Shown here: piece after piece, positions 37,537 to 45,867 of the stretch
Layout of the letters: every line of letters starts with the position of its first letter
Numbering within the stretch: position 1 is the first letter of the stretch
Assembly (NCBI GenBank): GCA_964549185.1
Contig: CAZJUI010000005.1
Location: forward strand, 1 to 57,453
Direction of reading: 5' to 3'
Length of the DNA stretch: 57,453 nucleotides
From: Candidatus Woesearchaeota archaeon
GTDB taxonomy: Archaea > Nanobdellota > Nanobdellia > SCGC-AAA011-G17 > JAGVZF01
The notes under the pieces: model-generated
What the model saw: only the letters and a program-made list of their open reading frames with translations
Told to the model about the DNA's origin: nothing
The model's database searches: none
Position numbers and translations under genes: made by a program

Positions 37537-38093
37537 TTTATGTTAAAAACTTTTTTTGTGATTTCAATTCTCTTTTGAATTGGAATCGTTTTATTTATTG
37601 AAATGTCTGCTATGGTTGTATTTCCTATGTAATTTAACAAATCCCATCTTGAGATTCCAAGTAGTTCGGAAATTCTGCCGATTGAGATTCCATATTCATA
37701 AAATTTGGAACCTTTTTTAACAGCTGATGAGGATAACATTTCTTCAACATAAAGATTGAGTCTTTTATCAAATGACTTAATTGTAGTTAGAATTCTTCTT
37801 GTTTGCAAATCTATAGATCTATCATTTTTCTCTAATAAAGATATTGTGTTTTTTAATTCCAATTTAATCTTTTTGTAAAACTCGTTAAAATTATATTCTG
37901 ACTGATGTTTTTCAAGTATTTTTGATAAAGAATAGCTAATAATCGATAAAAAAATTGAAAAGTTATCTTGATGAAGAGAAGCGTGATTAATTGCTTCAGT
38001 GCTTAGATCTCTAAGCTTTTGTGAATCTTTTAAAGAGAAGAAAGAGTATACTTTCTTTGTCAATGTAATCAATTCATTATCAACCTCTTGCAT
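37533..38093 (-). CDS. hypothetical protein with C-terminal HTH-like segment
   Basis: From ATG 38093 (MQEVDNEL). The C-terminal ISIGRISELLGISRWDLLNYIG looks like an HTH. Confidence 0.5.
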   Translation of the reverse strand: MQEVDNELITLTKKVYSFFSLKDSQKLRDLSTEAINHASLHQDNFSIFLSIISYSLSKILEKHQSEYNFNEFYKKIKLELKNTISLLEKNDRSIDLQTRRILTTIKSFDKRLNLYVEEMLSSSAVKKGSKFYEYGISIGRISELLGISRWDLLNYIGNTTIADISINKTIPIQKRIEITKKVFNIK

Positions 38094-38131
38094 AATTATA
38101 AATAACAACCAAGTTAAATAAATGTTTCGGT

Positions 38132-38476
38132 TTATCTTTGTTTAGCAACTTTATAAAGTTTTATGCTCTTCTCTATTAACATCACAAATGAAGCTAAGAT
38201 TAAGATAGATATTATAATATTTATAAGATAACCTGGATTACCCGGACTTTTAAAAACAGAATTTTTTTGCATTGCAATAAATACATTTTCGGTGTTTATT
38301 TTTAATAATGGAATTTGATAAAATAATAAACCTATAAAAAATAGAAGCAAAATTGTTAGTACCAAGACAGAATTTTTTGTCTTTAGTATAGAAAGATTTA
38401 TAGACAATTTAGGGAATTTTATAGTAGTTTTTTTGTATAATTTCTTTTTTTTATGTATGATCCTCTTTTTTACCAT
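38132..38476 (-). CDS. small membrane protein (114 aa)
   Basis: Highly basic N-terminus followed by two TM helices. Confidence 0.45.
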   Translation of the reverse strand: MVKKRIIHKKKKLYKKTTIKFPKLSINLSILKTKNSVLVLTILLLFFIGLLFYQIPLLKINTENVFIAMQKNSVFKSPGNPGYLINIIISILILASFVMLIEKSIKLYKVAKQR

Positions 38477-38507
38477 TAAATATTAGAATTATTTATTATA
38501 TATAAAC

Positions 38508-38930
38508 TTAATTATTTTCTTCTTGCTTTTTATCATCTAATATATTTCCAACTTCTTTGTCTTTTGCATTAAATGTAGATAATAAATCAATAACGTATTT
38601 TCCATCTTCTAATTTGTAAACCAATGGCTTTCCCTTAAATAAATTAACAATATCAAGTTCATATTCTCCTGGTTTAAGGATTCTTATTGATTCTAGATCA
38701 AGAAAAACAGGATGATCATATTCTATTTCTTCTCCCAAAATATCTAGAACATCTTTTTCTATTTGTTCTCTATCTTCAGGAGAAAGAGAAACTGTAAGTT
38801 CTTTTGCTCTTTCAACATCTGCTTTTTTTAAATAAAAGAAAAACTTACCACCACAATTGGAACAACCTTTCAATAATTCTTGAGAAGCATCTTCATAAAA
38901 TGTATTGCATTTAACACATTGGTGGGGCAT
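38508..38930 (-). CDS. Zn-ribbon protein (archaeal COG3364/DUF2072-like, from memory)
   Basis: MPHQCVKCNTFY...GCSNCGGKFFFY has CxxC...CxxC. It is abutted by the upstream genes. Confidence 0.65.
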   Translation of the reverse strand: MPHQCVKCNTFYEDASQELLKGCSNCGGKFFFYLKKADVERAKELTVSLSPEDREQIEKDVLDILGEEIEYDHPVFLDLESIRILKPGEYELDIVNLFKGKPLVYKLEDGKYVIDLLSTFNAKDKEVGNILDDKKQEENN

Positions 38931-39311
38931 TTATTTTTTCCTTTTTTTGGAATCTCGAGTTAGTAACTCTATCTTATTGGGATCACGTTTAATCTCTTTT
39001 ACAATTGAAGCTGGACCTATGATTGTTATTCCTTCTCTATAACCTAAGAATTGTAGGAATTGTTTTTTTAATAATTCATAAGGCTGAATATTCTTTTTTT
39101 CAGTATAAATTGTTCCTATTTCTATGCCTTTAAACTTTCTATCTATCATCTCCATTGTTCTTTCAATTAATGCTGTTTCTTCAGATGGTTTAAGCCTTCC
39201 TTCAACTAATAATATTCTGTCTGATTTAACTAGATTAAGTAATTTTCTTATTTTATCTTCTGATTGCAGATTTTGAAGTTCTGTATGCGGAATGTATTGC
39301 AAAGTTAACAT
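38931..39311 (-). CDS. small conserved archaeal protein (COG3365/DUF2073-like, from memory)
   Basis: 126 aa, lying between the GTPase and the Zn-ribbon gene with 0- to 1-nt junctions. Confidence 0.55.
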   Translation of the reverse strand: MLTLQYIPHTELQNLQSEDKIRKLLNLVKSDRILLVEGRLKPSEETALIERTMEMIDRKFKGIEIGTIYTEKKNIQPYELLKKQFLQFLGYREGITIIGPASIVKEIKRDPNKIELLTRDSKKRKK

Positions 39312-39940
39312 TATTTCACCACCTTAAATAAGGATTTGTAAAAGTCTTCGATGTTGTCTCCACGTTCAGCTGATATTCCTAGAACTTTATATTGTGGAAA
39401 GGCTGATTGGATTTTATTAACATCTGATTTTCTTAGATCTATTTTATTGGCTGCGATTAAAACTGGAATATTTCTTGCTGCTAAATTTCCGAGAATTGTT
39501 ATGTTGACTTGAGAATATGGATTTTTTGTTGAATCTAGAACTATAACAACAGCATCCATGTTATCTAGCCATCTAATTGCTTCAATAACTCCTTTTGTTG
39601 CTTCTTTTGCTCTTTGCTTTGCATCTTTTGCATTCATCTTAAATTTCATGAAATCTTCATAGTCTATTTTTGTAGCTATTCCAGGAGTGTCTATTAAGTT
39701 GAATGTTAATTTTTTACTTCCTGATTTTATTGTTACTTTTTCTTTTTGGATAATTTCTCTAGTTTCATGGGGTATTCTAGAAACAGCAGACATTTCTTCG
39801 CCAAGCCAGTCTTTTGTTATCTTATTGGAAAGAGTCGATTTGCCGGAATTCGGAGGACCATATAATCCTAGCTTGATATGTTTCTTTTTATTAAAAATAC
39901 TAAAGAACGAACTTATAACCTCTTTTATTTTCTTTATCAT
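39311..39940 (-). CDS. small GTP-binding protein
   Basis: G1 GPPNSGKST, G3 DTPG and G4 NKID. 209 aa. Confidence 0.85.
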   Translation of the reverse strand: MIKKIKEVISSFFSIFNKKKHIKLGLYGPPNSGKSTLSNKITKDWLGEEMSAVSRIPHETREIIQKEKVTIKSGSKKLTFNLIDTPGIATKIDYEDFMKFKMNAKDAKQRAKEATKGVIEAIRWLDNMDAVVIVLDSTKNPYSQVNITILGNLAARNIPVLIAANKIDLRKSDVNKIQSAFPQYKVLGISAERGDNIEDFYKSLFKVVK

Positions 39941-40036
39941 TGAAATTTCAGCTTATTTCGATATTTTTAAAGATTTCGTAAGTAGAGAAGATAGTCTTAA
40001 ACAAAGTTATTTAAGGAAGTTGTAAATCCAATAATT

Positions 40037-41902
40037 ATGGAACAATATTTCTTTCCTTATAAGGAATTTAGAAGAAGTCAAGAAGCTTTTATTACTGAAG
40101 TATATAATTGTGTAAAAGAGGGAAAAAGTTTGATTGTTCATGCTCCAACTGGAAGTGGAAAGAGTGTTAGTACATTAGCTCCTGCCTTGAAACATGCTAT
40201 TGACAAAGATATTAATATATTATTCTTAACTTCTAGACATACCCAGCATAAAATTGTTATTGACACTTTAAGAGAGATTAAGGAAAAGTATAAATTAAAT
40301 TTCTTGGTTTCTGATTTAATAGGAAAGAAATATATGTGCAGTCAGGAGGGTGTGGAGCTAGCAAATGGTGTAGAATTTACAGATTGGTGTAGTTTTATGG
40401 TTAAGAATAATGAATGTAATTTCTATATTAATAGCAAAAGTGATGAAAAATTTGTAGAAAGAGAATTATTATTAAAACAATTAGAACAAAAAAATCCTTT
40501 AGATGTTGCCAGTTTTTGTAATGAAAGCAAGATAAATGGGTTTTGTGGGTTTGAGCTAAGCGTTGATATAGGAAGAAAATCTAAAGTGCTAATAGCTGAT
40601 TATTTTCATGTACTAAGCCAAAGTATAAGAGAGATAATATTAGAAAAAATGGATAAGAAGATTAGAAATTCAATAATAATATTTGATGAAGCTCATAATC
40701 TGCCCGATAGATGCAGAGACTTGATGAGCAATAATCTAACTAGCAATATGATTGAGATGGCTTTCAAGGAAGCTAAAGAAGAAGATGAATTAGCAACCAA
40801 GATATTAGAATTAGGATATAGATTGGAAGAGTTGGGAAAGGAAAAAATAAATATAGATCAATATGAAGCTTTGGTTAAAAAAGAGGAATTTTTTGACAAG
40901 GTAAATGAAATACAAGATTATTGGAAGTTAATAGCTGAATTTGATCATTTTGCTGATAAGATAAGAGAAGAAGAAAAAAGAAGCTTTGTTGGAAGTTTAG
41001 CTAAATTCCTTGAATCCTGGAGTGGAGAGGATGATGGATTTGTGAGAATAATAAAGAAAGGACATTTTAAATCAGGAAAAAATTATATTGCTTTAAGCTA
41101 TAGATGTTTAGATCCAAGTATTGTTTTAAAACCAATATTAAATGAGGCTTTTTCCTGCATATTCATGTCAGGAACTTTGACTCCAGTTGATATGTATGCT
41201 GATATATTTGGAATCAAAGAGATAATAAAAAGAGAATATAAAGATCCTTTTCCAAGAGATAATAGATTGAATTTGATTGTTTCTGGAGTTACTACTAAGT
41301 TTACTAAAAGAGACAATAAGATGTATGAAGATATAGCAAAGAAATGCAATAGCATGTTAGATAAAATTCCTGGAAATGTAATTGTATTTTTTCCAAGCTA
41401 TATTTTTAGAGATGATGTTGATTTTTATTTAAGGAATATTACAAGCAAGAAAATATTTTATGAAATTAATGGAGCTAATAAAGGTGAAAGAGAAGGAATA
41501 TTAGATGATTTCAAGAAAGCAAAAGATAAGGGGGCTGTTTTATTAGCAATAAGCAATGGAAGTTATGGTGAAGGAATAGATTTACCTGGAGATTTATTAA
41601 ATGGAGTGATCGTAGTTGGATTACCATTAGCAAAGCCGGATTTGGAAACTAAGGAATTAATTAATTATTATGATAAGAAATATGGGAAGGGCTGGGATTA
41701 TGGATATGTTATGCCTGCTTTTATTAAAAGTTTACAGAATGCTGGAAGATGCATTAGAAGCGAGACAGATAAGGGGGTTATTGTGTTTTTAGAAGAGAGA
41801 TATTTGTGGGAAAGATATTTTAAAATATTTCCGAAAGACTTGAATTTAAAAGTAACTTTAACTCCTGAAATTGAGATTGAAAAGTTTTTTGGAAAGGTTT
41901 AA
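40037..41902 (+). CDS. xpd: XPD/Rad3 (DinG-family) Fe-S DNA helicase
   Basis: Walker A HAPTGSGKS, DEAH box IIFDEAHNL, a four-Cys insertion between motifs I and II (C..C..C...C), and C-terminal GRCIRSETDKGV. Confidence 0.88.
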   Translation: MEQYFFPYKEFRRSQEAFITEVYNCVKEGKSLIVHAPTGSGKSVSTLAPALKHAIDKDINILFLTSRHTQHKIVIDTLREIKEKYKLNFLVSDLIGKKYMCSQEGVELANGVEFTDWCSFMVKNNECNFYINSKSDEKFVERELLLKQLEQKNPLDVASFCNESKINGFCGFELSVDIGRKSKVLIADYFHVLSQSIREIILEKMDKKIRNSIIIFDEAHNLPDRCRDLMSNNLTSNMIEMAFKEAKEEDELATKILELGYRLEELGKEKINIDQYEALVKKEEFFDKVNEIQDYWKLIAEFDHFADKIREEEKRSFVGSLAKFLESWSGEDDGFVRIIKKGHFKSGKNYIALSYRCLDPSIVLKPILNEAFSCIFMSGTLTPVDMYADIFGIKEIIKREYKDPFPRDNRLNLIVSGVTTKFTKRDNKMYEDIAKKCNSMLDKIPGNVIVFFPSYIFRDDVDFYLRNITSKKIFYEINGANKGEREGILDDFKKAKDKGAVLLAISNGSYGEGIDLPGDLLNGVIVVGLPLAKPDLETKELINYYDKKYGKGWDYGYVMPAFIKSLQNAGRCIRSETDKGVIVFLEERYLWERYFKIFPKDLNLKVTLTPEIEIEKFFGKV

Positions 41903-41927
41903 ATAAGAATATTATCATATAAATAGT

Positions 41928-42131
41928 ATGAAGGTTAAAATTAAGAAATTTGGAGATTACTTGGGATTTTTGATACCTAATGATGAAATCTATAGATTAA
42001 ATCTTTCTGAGGGCGATGAAGTGGAGATTGATTTAGTAAAGAAAGAAAGAATTTCTGGATTTGGCATACTTAAGGGTAAGAAATTAAAACAATTTAAAAG
42101 AGATCATAAAGATTTTCATAGAGAGTTTTAA
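41928..42131 (+). CDS. AbrB/SpoVT/MazE-like small DNA-binding protein
   Basis: MKVKIKKFGDYLGFLIPNDEIYRLNLSEGDEVEIDL fits the swapped-hairpin pattern (k.g.s..v.iPk.....l.l..Gd.v.i). Confidence 0.55.
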   Translation: MKVKIKKFGDYLGFLIPNDEIYRLNLSEGDEVEIDLVKKERISGFGILKGKKLKQFKRDHKDFHREF

Positions 42132-42134
42132 AAA

Positions 42135-42344
42135 ATGAAAACTAAGAAAAAAGATCCTTTTGAAGAAATAATTGAAATATTGCAAGATTATGATAAAGGA
42201 TTTCCAGCGAGAACACATCATGATTTTGAAATTTGTATGTGTAGTGATGATAAACATCATGGAAAAGAGATTACTATAAAAGAGATTGAATTTAAAGGTA
42301 ATAAAGTTGTTAAAAAAAGATTAAGGAAGATAAAAAAGAATTAA
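42135..42344 (+). CDS. hypothetical small protein (69 aa)
   Basis: ATG 3 nt after the previous stop. No motif recognised. Confidence 0.4.
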   Translation: MKTKKKDPFEEIIEILQDYDKGFPARTHHDFEICMCSDDKHHGKEITIKEIEFKGNKVVKKRLRKIKKN

Positions 42345-42757
42345 ATATCAATAACAATTCTAGCTTTCCATTTATTTTTAATCTTTTTGATTTCAAATTG
42401 ATGTAAAGTTATAGCTTTAACATCATTTCTTAATTCTTGAGTATCATAATTAATTTTATCACAATAAAGAGTTGCTTCTAGCTTAAAATCTTTTATCTTT
42501 ACTTTAGCTTTTTGAAAAACAAGCTGTTTTGTATCTTTTATGTAAACAATTTCAGAAAGGAAGTTGTAAAGTAAATCGTCTATTTTATTTGCTTTTAGTT
42601 TAATTGTTTTCTTAATCTTCCCTTTTAAATCTTTTAAGTTAACCATGCAGTCAAATAATGCAAGTGCTGAATTTTCAAATAACTCATTTAGATTATTACC
42701 ATAAGCATCAAATGCTATATCTGCTATGGCTACATCTTCTAAAAATCTGTATTTCAT
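42341..42757 (-). CDS. archease (RtcB activator)
   Basis: 138 aa. MKYRFLEDVAIADIAFDAYGNNLNELFENSALAL...AITLHQFEIKK...ARIVIDI is the archease N-terminal D/ADI signature with a matching C-terminal strand. Confidence 0.85.
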   Translation of the reverse strand: MKYRFLEDVAIADIAFDAYGNNLNELFENSALALFDCMVNLKDLKGKIKKTIKLKANKIDDLLYNFLSEIVYIKDTKQLVFQKAKVKIKDFKLEATLYCDKINYDTQELRNDVKAITLHQFEIKKIKNKWKARIVIDI

Positions 42758-42790
42758 AAAAAAAGAAAAAGAATTAAAGTATAAAAATCT

Positions 42791-42946
42791 TTACTTACCA
42801 AAAGCTTCCCATAAACCTACAACAGCTACCAATATACCAATTAACCATACTCCCCATGTCATTGTAGCATGTAGTGTTGTGAATCCCCAAATTATTGCTA
42901 AGATACCTAAAATAACTTGTATCCACCCAGCTGTTTTATTTGCCAT
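42791..42946 (-). CDS. small two-TM membrane protein (51 aa), not in the ORF track
   Basis: My own translation gives MANKTAGWIQVILGILAIIWGFTTLHATMTWGVWLIGILVAVVGLWEAFGK*. It is preceded by AAAGGAGGGATTTAAAAAATG, a clear Shine-Dalgarno sequence. The plus-strand track ORF 42726-42953 is its antisense shadow. Confidence 0.55.
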   Translation of the reverse strand: MANKTAGWIQVILGILAIIWGFTTLHATMTWGVWLIGILVAVVGLWEAFGK

Positions 42947-43044
42947 TTTTTAAATCCCTCCTTTTGGATTATGTTAAATTTCATAAGAAAAGCGACTATT
43001 TAAAGTTTATACTGTTTTGAGAAAGTGGTGAAAATATATGTGAT

Positions 43045-43575
43045 TTAAAGATTTTTTAAAATAAATTCAACTCTGGCATTTATTGGAATTACTGGAATTA
43101 TGAGCGGATTATATCCTAATTTTTGGTAATCTGAAATTAACGTATCATGAATTTTTCTTCTTTTTGATTCGTCCTCAACTCTTCTATGATCTCTTGCATA
43201 ATTAGGTAATAAATCTAAGATAAATATTCCTTTATATCTCCTTACTAAAGATTCTTCTTCAGCCTTTATTATAGACTCTCCATTAATTCTAAAATAAGTT
43301 ATACTGTCTGGCATCCCCCTATCCCAAAATATTAATTGACGTGGATCTGCTTTTCTTTCGGCTATTATTTTCATTTCTAAAACAATATTTTGGAAAGCAA
43401 TTTCATCAGCTCTAATCTCTTCTAAAGTTTTGCCTTCACTAAATCCTTGGTTTATCAAAACACTAGCAGCTTCAGGCCTTATAGAAAATCCTTTTAGTGC
43501 TAAAGCTTCAATTACTGGTGTTTTTCCACAATTCGGGCCACCTGTTATTACATACCAATCTGTTTCTTTTGGCAT
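43045..43575 (-). CDS. P-loop NTPase (AAA_28/NadR-kinase-like predicted ATPase)
   Basis: Walker A ITGGPNCGKT. 176 aa, a small kinase-like size. It lies between archease and rtcB. Confidence 0.7.
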   Translation of the reverse strand: MPKETDWYVITGGPNCGKTPVIEALALKGFSIRPEAASVLINQGFSEGKTLEEIRADEIAFQNIVLEMKIIAERKADPRQLIFWDRGMPDSITYFRINGESIIKAEEESLVRRYKGIFILDLLPNYARDHRRVEDESKRRKIHDTLISDYQKLGYNPLIIPVIPINARVEFILKNL

Positions 43576-43627
43576 AGAATATATAGAGTATAAATAAATT
43601 TATAAAATTAACTTTATGCTATAATAA

Positions 43628-45149
43628 TTAATTTTTTATATTTCCAATCGGAATTAATTTTGCAACGGGTTTTGAAATGCCTGCTTTATGAATTGCATCA
43701 ATCACATCATTAATCTCTTTGTAGGCTATTCCAGCTTCTTCTGCTAATCCTGCCATTGATCCTGTTTTAACATATATTCCACGTTTTTCCATATCTTGCT
43801 GCAATTTATCTCCCCTAATTTCGTGTTTAGCTTTTGTTCTTGACATTGTTCTTCCACTGCCGTGACACGTCGAGCTGAAGGTTTCTTCATCTGCTTTTGT
43901 TGTTCCAGATAATAAATAACTTCCAGTTTCCATGCTTCCTCCAATAATAACAGGAGAGCCAATATCTCTATAAATTTTAGAAACTTCAGGATTATTTGGA
44001 CCTTGACATAAGGTGGCTCCTTTTCTATGGACAATTAATTTTTTCTTTTTTCCATCAATTTTAAATTCTTGTAGTCTAGCTAGATTATGAGCAACATCGT
44101 AAATACAATGCATTTCCATGTCTTCTGCTTTTTTCTTGAAAATTTGTTCAAAAGATTCTCGAATTCTATGTAAAATAACTTGTCTATTCGAGAAAGCCAT
44201 GTTAGCTGCACATGCCATTGCTTTATAATAATCTTGACCTTCTTTACTTTGGAATGGGGCACATGCTAATTCTCTATCATTTACTTTTATATTATATTTT
44301 TCCATTGCTGTATTAAATGTTTGTAGATAATTCGTAGCTACCTCATGCCCAAATCCGCGACTGCCACAATGAAACATGATAACAATCTGATCAGCAAATA
44401 TTCCAAATTTCTTTGCTGTTTTTTCATCTACTATATTTTCAGGCTTAACATGTTGTATTTCAAGATAATGATTTCCTGAACCAAGAGTTCCGAGTTGATT
44501 AATTCCACGATATCTTGCTTTTTGTGAAATTTTAGATGAATCTGCCCATTCTATTTTACCATTGCTTTCTATTCTTTCTAGGTCCTCTTTCCAACCATAA
44601 CCATTATCTATACACCATTTTACTCCTTCTTCCATAAGTTCATCAAATTGTTGATTATTAAGCTTAACAAAGCCTTTACTTCCGACTCCAGATGGAACTA
44701 TTTTATACAAAGAATCTACTAATTCTCTTATCCTAGGTTGAACTTCTTTTATGGTTAAGTTAGTTGTAACAAGCCTCATGCCACAATTGATCATTCGTCG
44801 CAGTTTTTGATTCTTGCGAAATCGAATCCAATGCCGCCGGGGCTTATTACTCCAGTTTCAGCATCCATTGCAGCCACACCGCCTATCGGAAATCCATAAC
44901 CCTTCCATTGTAACAAGATATTTGTTCTTAGTTACATCAATGGCCGTCAGGCATGCATAGAGCATACCTTTGGATTCCAGGTAGGCAAGCTACATTGGTT
45001 ACTTGATCAAACACTCCAGGATCCATTGCATCCAATAATTTTTTAGTTGCAATAATCCTTGCTGGTACTAACATTCCTTCTTTAAAGCTAGTTGGAATTT
45101 CCCAAACTGCTTCTTCGATTTGTTTTATGTCTTTAGGTGCATTTGTCAT
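43628..45149 (-). CDS. rtcB: RNA 3'-phosphate/tRNA-splicing ligase RtcB, interrupted by two BHB mini-introns (3 exons)
   Basis: Exons 45149-44938, 44902-44821 and 44791-43628 (212+82+1164 = 1458 nt, 485 aa plus stop). The joined product reads ..[48 protein letters not shown].., colinear with RtcB as I remember it from Pyrococcus horikoshii ([37 protein letters not shown]). Downstream motifs [20 protein letters not shown] and STCHGSGR are present. Confidence 0.9.
44792..44820 (-). other. rtcB intron 2 (29 nt, BHB-type)
   Basis: RNA: (CAUUGGA)-UUCG-[AUU]-UCGCA-(12-nt loop AGAAUCAAAAAC)-UGCGA-CGAA-[UGA]-(UCAAUUG). This gives a 4-bp central helix, two 3-nt bulges, a 5-bp inner hairpin and an imperfect outer helix (5 of 7 pairs). 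Cutting after bulge nucleotide 2 joins GAU|AUC, which encodes Asp-Ile. Confidence 0.85.
44903..44937 (-). other. rtcB intron 1 (35 nt, BHB/hBH-type)
   Basis: RNA: CCAU-[UGA]-UGUAAC-(16-nt loop UAAGAACAAAUAUCUU)-GUUACA-AUGG-[AAG]. This gives a 4-bp central helix flanked by two 3-nt bulges and an intron-internal 6-bp hairpin. Cutting after bulge nucleotide 2 on both strands joins CAU UG|G GGU, which encodes His-Trp-Gly. Confidence 0.8.
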
Positions 45150-45171
45150 AATTTAGAGAGATTTAGTTATC

Positions 45172-45179
45172 TTTTTAAA
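45172..45179 (-). promoter_or_regulatory. TATA box (TTTAAAAA) of rtcB
   Basis: Octamer 23 nt upstream of ATG 45149. It overlaps the stop codon of the LAGLIDADG gene. Confidence 0.4.
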
Positions 45180-45819
45180 TTTTTGCTATTTGATAAGAAT
45201 TTAGAGCTTCTTTAAGTTTAATTTTTTTATTTGGATGTAAAAATCCTATGTTATTATTAAATCTTTTAAGGTCATCTAATCCACAGATATTTAATCTATA
45301 AATTATCCTATCTTTTCTAATCCTTATCTTTAATTTAGATTCTATTTTAAATCTAGATAATGCTTTTTGCACTTGTTTTAGCCCCTTAAGATTTACACAT
45401 TCTACCCTTATAGACCTACTTTTAGCTGGTTGCAGTTCTACCCAAGATTCACAATCAAAAAATGCTCTTAACCATAATCTTAGATTTTCTTTTGAGATTT
45501 GAGGCATATTCCATTCATAGGAATAATAAGAATATTTTTTGGTTAATACATAAAAAATCTCCTTTGAACCTATGTAACATCTTTCTTTTATTACAAGTAT
45601 TGGTGTTTTTTTGAAGTATTTTTTAAATCTTCTTTGGAAATCCTTTAATAGTATTAAATTTGTATTTCTAAAACCAATTTTGTAATATTTATGTTTTTGG
45701 TATACTGGATTTCTTATCACATAACCATCAGCACAAAGATAAGCATGCACTGCAGATAAGTCACTATTAAATTTCATTTTAAGGCATAAAATTCGATTAT
45801 TTATAAACCCTGTGCGCAT
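45175..45819 (-). CDS. free-standing double-motif LAGLIDADG homing endonuclease-like protein
   Basis: 214 aa with two LAGLIDADG-type motifs, VHAYLCADGYV and LWLRAFFDCESWV, about 100 aa apart. There are no intein splicing blocks and no flanking extein. The start may be the internal MKFNS. Confidence 0.75.
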   Translation of the reverse strand: MRTGFINNRILCLKMKFNSDLSAVHAYLCADGYVIRNPVYQKHKYYKIGFRNTNLILLKDFQRRFKKYFKKTPILVIKERCYIGSKEIFYVLTKKYSYYSYEWNMPQISKENLRLWLRAFFDCESWVELQPAKSRSIRVECVNLKGLKQVQKALSRFKIESKLKIRIRKDRIIYRLNICGLDDLKRFNNNIGFLHPNKKIKLKEALNSYQIAKI

Positions 45820-45867
45820 ATATTCATGAAATGAGAAGTGTTCAGATATATTTTATAAGGTTTGCGT

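Noticed and set aside
43628-45149. rtcB as a decaying pseudogene, or as a case of programmed ribosomal frameshifting
   Set aside because: Apart from the two insertions, all three segments are free of stops and frameshifts and keep every RtcB hallmark motif I know. The insertions are discrete (35 and 29 nt), contain stop codons, and have BHB geometry. Their removal by a structure-based rule restores a perfectly colinear protein, including a conserved Trp codon formed across the junction. Frameshifting cannot skip 29-35 nt. A pseudogene remains the formal alternative until RNA data exist.
44937-45149. The 70-aa ORF as an independent small gene, or rtcB as a split gene encoding separate polypeptides
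   Set aside because: The ORF is simply the RtcB N-terminus up to MPDGH. The middle 27 conserved residues have no start codon or promoter of their own, so independent polypeptides cannot account for them.
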